A stretch of DNA of 64,000 nucleotides from Antedon mediterranea (lineage: Eukaryota > Animalia > Echinodermata): assembly GCF_964355755.1 (NCBI RefSeq), contig NC_092676.1, forward strand, positions 29,592,871-29,656,870, read 5' to 3'. Both the position numbers and the translations under genes were made by a program. The notes beneath the pieces were generated by a model, which saw nothing but the letters and a program-made list of their open reading frames with translations, made no database searches and had not been told where the DNA came from. Shown piece after piece: positions 61,763 to 64,000 of this stretch; within the stretch, counting starts at the first letter, position 1; each line of letters begins with the position of its first letter.

Positions 61763-62126
61763 ATCAGCATCCACCCCAGGTCAACCGTGCCACATGATCA
61801 GTATTTATTTTAACCAATCAGCATCCACCCCAGGTCAACCGTGCCACATCACCAGTATTTATTTTAACCTATCAGCATCCACCCCAGGTCAACCGTGCCA
61901 CATCACCAGTATTTATTTTAACCAATCAGCATCCACCCCAGGTCAACCGTGCCACATGATCAGTATTTATTTTAACCAATCAGCATCCACCCCAGGTCAA
62001 CCGTGCCACATGATCAGTATTTATTTTAACCAATCAGCATCCACCCCAGGTCAACCGTGCCACATCATCAGTATTTATTTTAACCAATCAGCATCCACCC
62101 CAGGTCAACCGTGCCACATGATCAGT
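61763..62126. repeat. 54-bp tandem repeat (about 6.7 copies) comprising the ORC3 final codons, stop codon and proximal 3' UTR
   Basis: Unit ATCAGCATCCACCCCAGGTCAACCGTGCCACATGATCAGTATTTATTTTAACCA. Confidence 0.95.
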
Positions 62127-63886
62127 TTTCTTTTTGGTATGTTTGATGAATCCCAGAAATTGAAGCTCTGATACAGCACGTATGAAACGTGCACTTTACA
62201 CCAAGTTAAGGCCAAACTATCACTTTCGTATGCTTCCAATTATAAAATGACCAAAATTCAATAAAAAAATTGTTTTTAAATTTTTAAAGGATACTGTAAA
62301 ACCTGGTCTTCCTCTGTGTTTTCATCTTCATTCTCAGAGCTTCCTCCTTTTACTACAGTGATGAAAGCCTTTTAAAGAGAAAGATTTTAAGTTTTATTTG
62401 TAAAAAGTGTATATCAAACAGCAGTAAAGTAAGGGGTATGGTACAAAAGTATAAAGATATTTAGATATTGGCATAAAGCTTGATACAATGAAATGTGAAA
62501 AAGGAAACCATTTCTATCAGTTTTCCTGGAGTAAAAACAATAAAATGTTATCAAATTGGTCGCCAAGCAATAGACAAAAACACTTGAAACTCATTTATGA
62601 CAATATTCAACAATTCTAAAGCTCTGTCTACACTATCAAACTTTATGTGACAACAATGTGATGTGCCTATATACTGTATGGACATGATAATGTCATATCA
62701 CTACCATATTTGGGCACATCACACTTTTTTTGTCAAACCAGTTTGATAGTGTAGACACAGCCTAGCTTAAGATTGGTTTCCTCTTGGATGTGGGGGCAAC
62801 ATAAGTGAGTTAAAGATCACAAGCAACAATTCAGTCGATTCATCGTGTCTTGTTTGGTTGCGTTGCGTCCAAGTGAGAACCAAGCTTTAGAATGGATTCA
62901 CTAAATCTGAGAAATAGATAAAATGAATACCTGGAGCCAATCAAAGAGATTGATAAAACGGCCGCACTCTAGATGAAGCTTGTAGATGATACAAAGATCT
63001 GGGAATGATTCCACCATTCTTCCTGAATCAGTCTTACAACACTTACACTAACAGAAAAATCAAAGCATTTGTATTTTATTATAAATCTGTACAACTTTAT
63101 AATATTTTCGTTAGCAATTTTCACTAGTGCTTGCGAGGTTCTTCTAATGAACAAGGGTAGATGACACAAGATTCAATATTCTTTTATTGTCGCTTTAAGC
63201 TCTGTCTACATTATCAAACTTTATGTGACGTGCCCATATATGGACACAATGATGTCATATCACTACCATATTTGGGCACATCACACGTTTTTTGTAAAAT
63301 TAGTTTGATAGTGTAGACAAAGCTTTAAGGATATTCACTGGTAAATCGGTTTGACAAAAATTGGTTTTCCGAATGAATGAACCTTACAGATCAACTCATG
63401 GTTGGCAGAGCAGAATAAACTGGTTACCTGAAGATAGTAATGTGGGTTGCTAAGGGCAGTTTGCAGAGCAGCTCTTGGTGATGCATTGATGTGATGTCTG
63501 ACCTCTGACACAGCTGTACAGTAATACACTTCATACAATGGCATGCTTTGTGGACATTTTAAATAATTCCTGAAAAAAAAGGGAAGATATTAACTAATTT
63601 TAAGTAATGCAGGTCACAACACATTACTAAGTTGTCCTGATAAATACAACATTTGACATTAAATACCACATTCAATCCATTTACCTGAACATTTCTTGTA
63701 GGTATGTCATACAATCATCCCGAAGAGCTTCATACTTGGTCAGTTTTCTAGATTTCTTTGCGGACTCCATCAATTTCTTTTGAAGACTTCTTAACGTTGT
63801 TTTCTCTCTCCTTCCTGTTTCTTTCGTCTCCTCTATTGGTTCTGGTTCTGCCTTTTCTTCCTCTTCAACAAAATCATTACAGCTAT
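62088..63886 (-). CDS. ORC3: Origin recognition complex subunit 3, last five exons (5' part outside the window)
   Basis: Exons 63685-63886, 63428-63569, 62931-63047, 62295-62368, 62088-62193. Motifs: [88 protein letters not shown]. Confidence 0.95.
62194..62294 (-). other. U12-type (minor spliceosome) GT-AG intron in ORC3
   Basis: The donor is GTATCCTTT. Branch point CCTTAAC sits about 11 nt before an AAG acceptor, and there is no polypyrimidine tract. Confidence 0.88.
62620..62762. mobile_element. Harbinger-type MITE copy in an ORC3 intron
   Basis: Both TIRs present. Confidence 0.8.
63198..63324. mobile_element. Harbinger-type MITE copy in an ORC3 intron
   Basis: Both TIRs with TTA/TTA flanks. 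Confidence 0.8.
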
Positions 63887-63927
63887 CTGGAAAAAATAAA
63901 GAAACTTTCTATATTTAATTAGTCTTA

Positions 63928-64000
63928 AGCTCTGTCTATACTATCAAACTAGTTTGACAAAAGTGTGTGCACAAATATGGTAGTGATATGCCTAAATATG
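63928..64000. mobile_element. Harbinger-type MITE copy cut by the window edge
   Basis: Left TIR and core present. Confidence 0.7.

Noticed and set aside
61794-62171. 125-aa plus-strand repeat ORF
   Set aside because: Antisense reading of the ORC3 terminal tandem repeat.

Overview
AT-rich animal genomic DNA, probably a marine invertebrate (inferred from the repeat content, not provable here). It holds three spliced genes. (1) A very large, roughly 75-exon axonemal dynein heavy chain on the minus strand, with its ATG near 54415 and running off the left edge. It is most like the gamma/DNAH5-DNAH8 outer-arm class but strongly diverged: the AAA1 sensor-II Arg and the AAA4 Walker-A Lys are lost, the stalk and microtubule-binding domain are expanded, and there is an apparent duplicated alternative exon in AAA1. 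(2) A complete 9-exon NUDC gene on the plus strand, head-to-head with the dynein. (3) The last five exons of ORC3 on the minus strand, tail-to-tail with NUDC, with a U12-type last intron and its stop-codon region tandemly amplified. The introns are dense with a PIF/Harbinger-type MITE (about 20 copies), Deu/Nin-domain tRNA-SINEs, a 5'-truncated CR1/L2-group LINE, other MITEs and many minisatellites. The dynein-NUDC spacer holds two back-to-back tRNA-like Pol III-type units, one followed by a long fold-back body and a T13 run. Exon coordinates were read by eye and may be off by a few bases.
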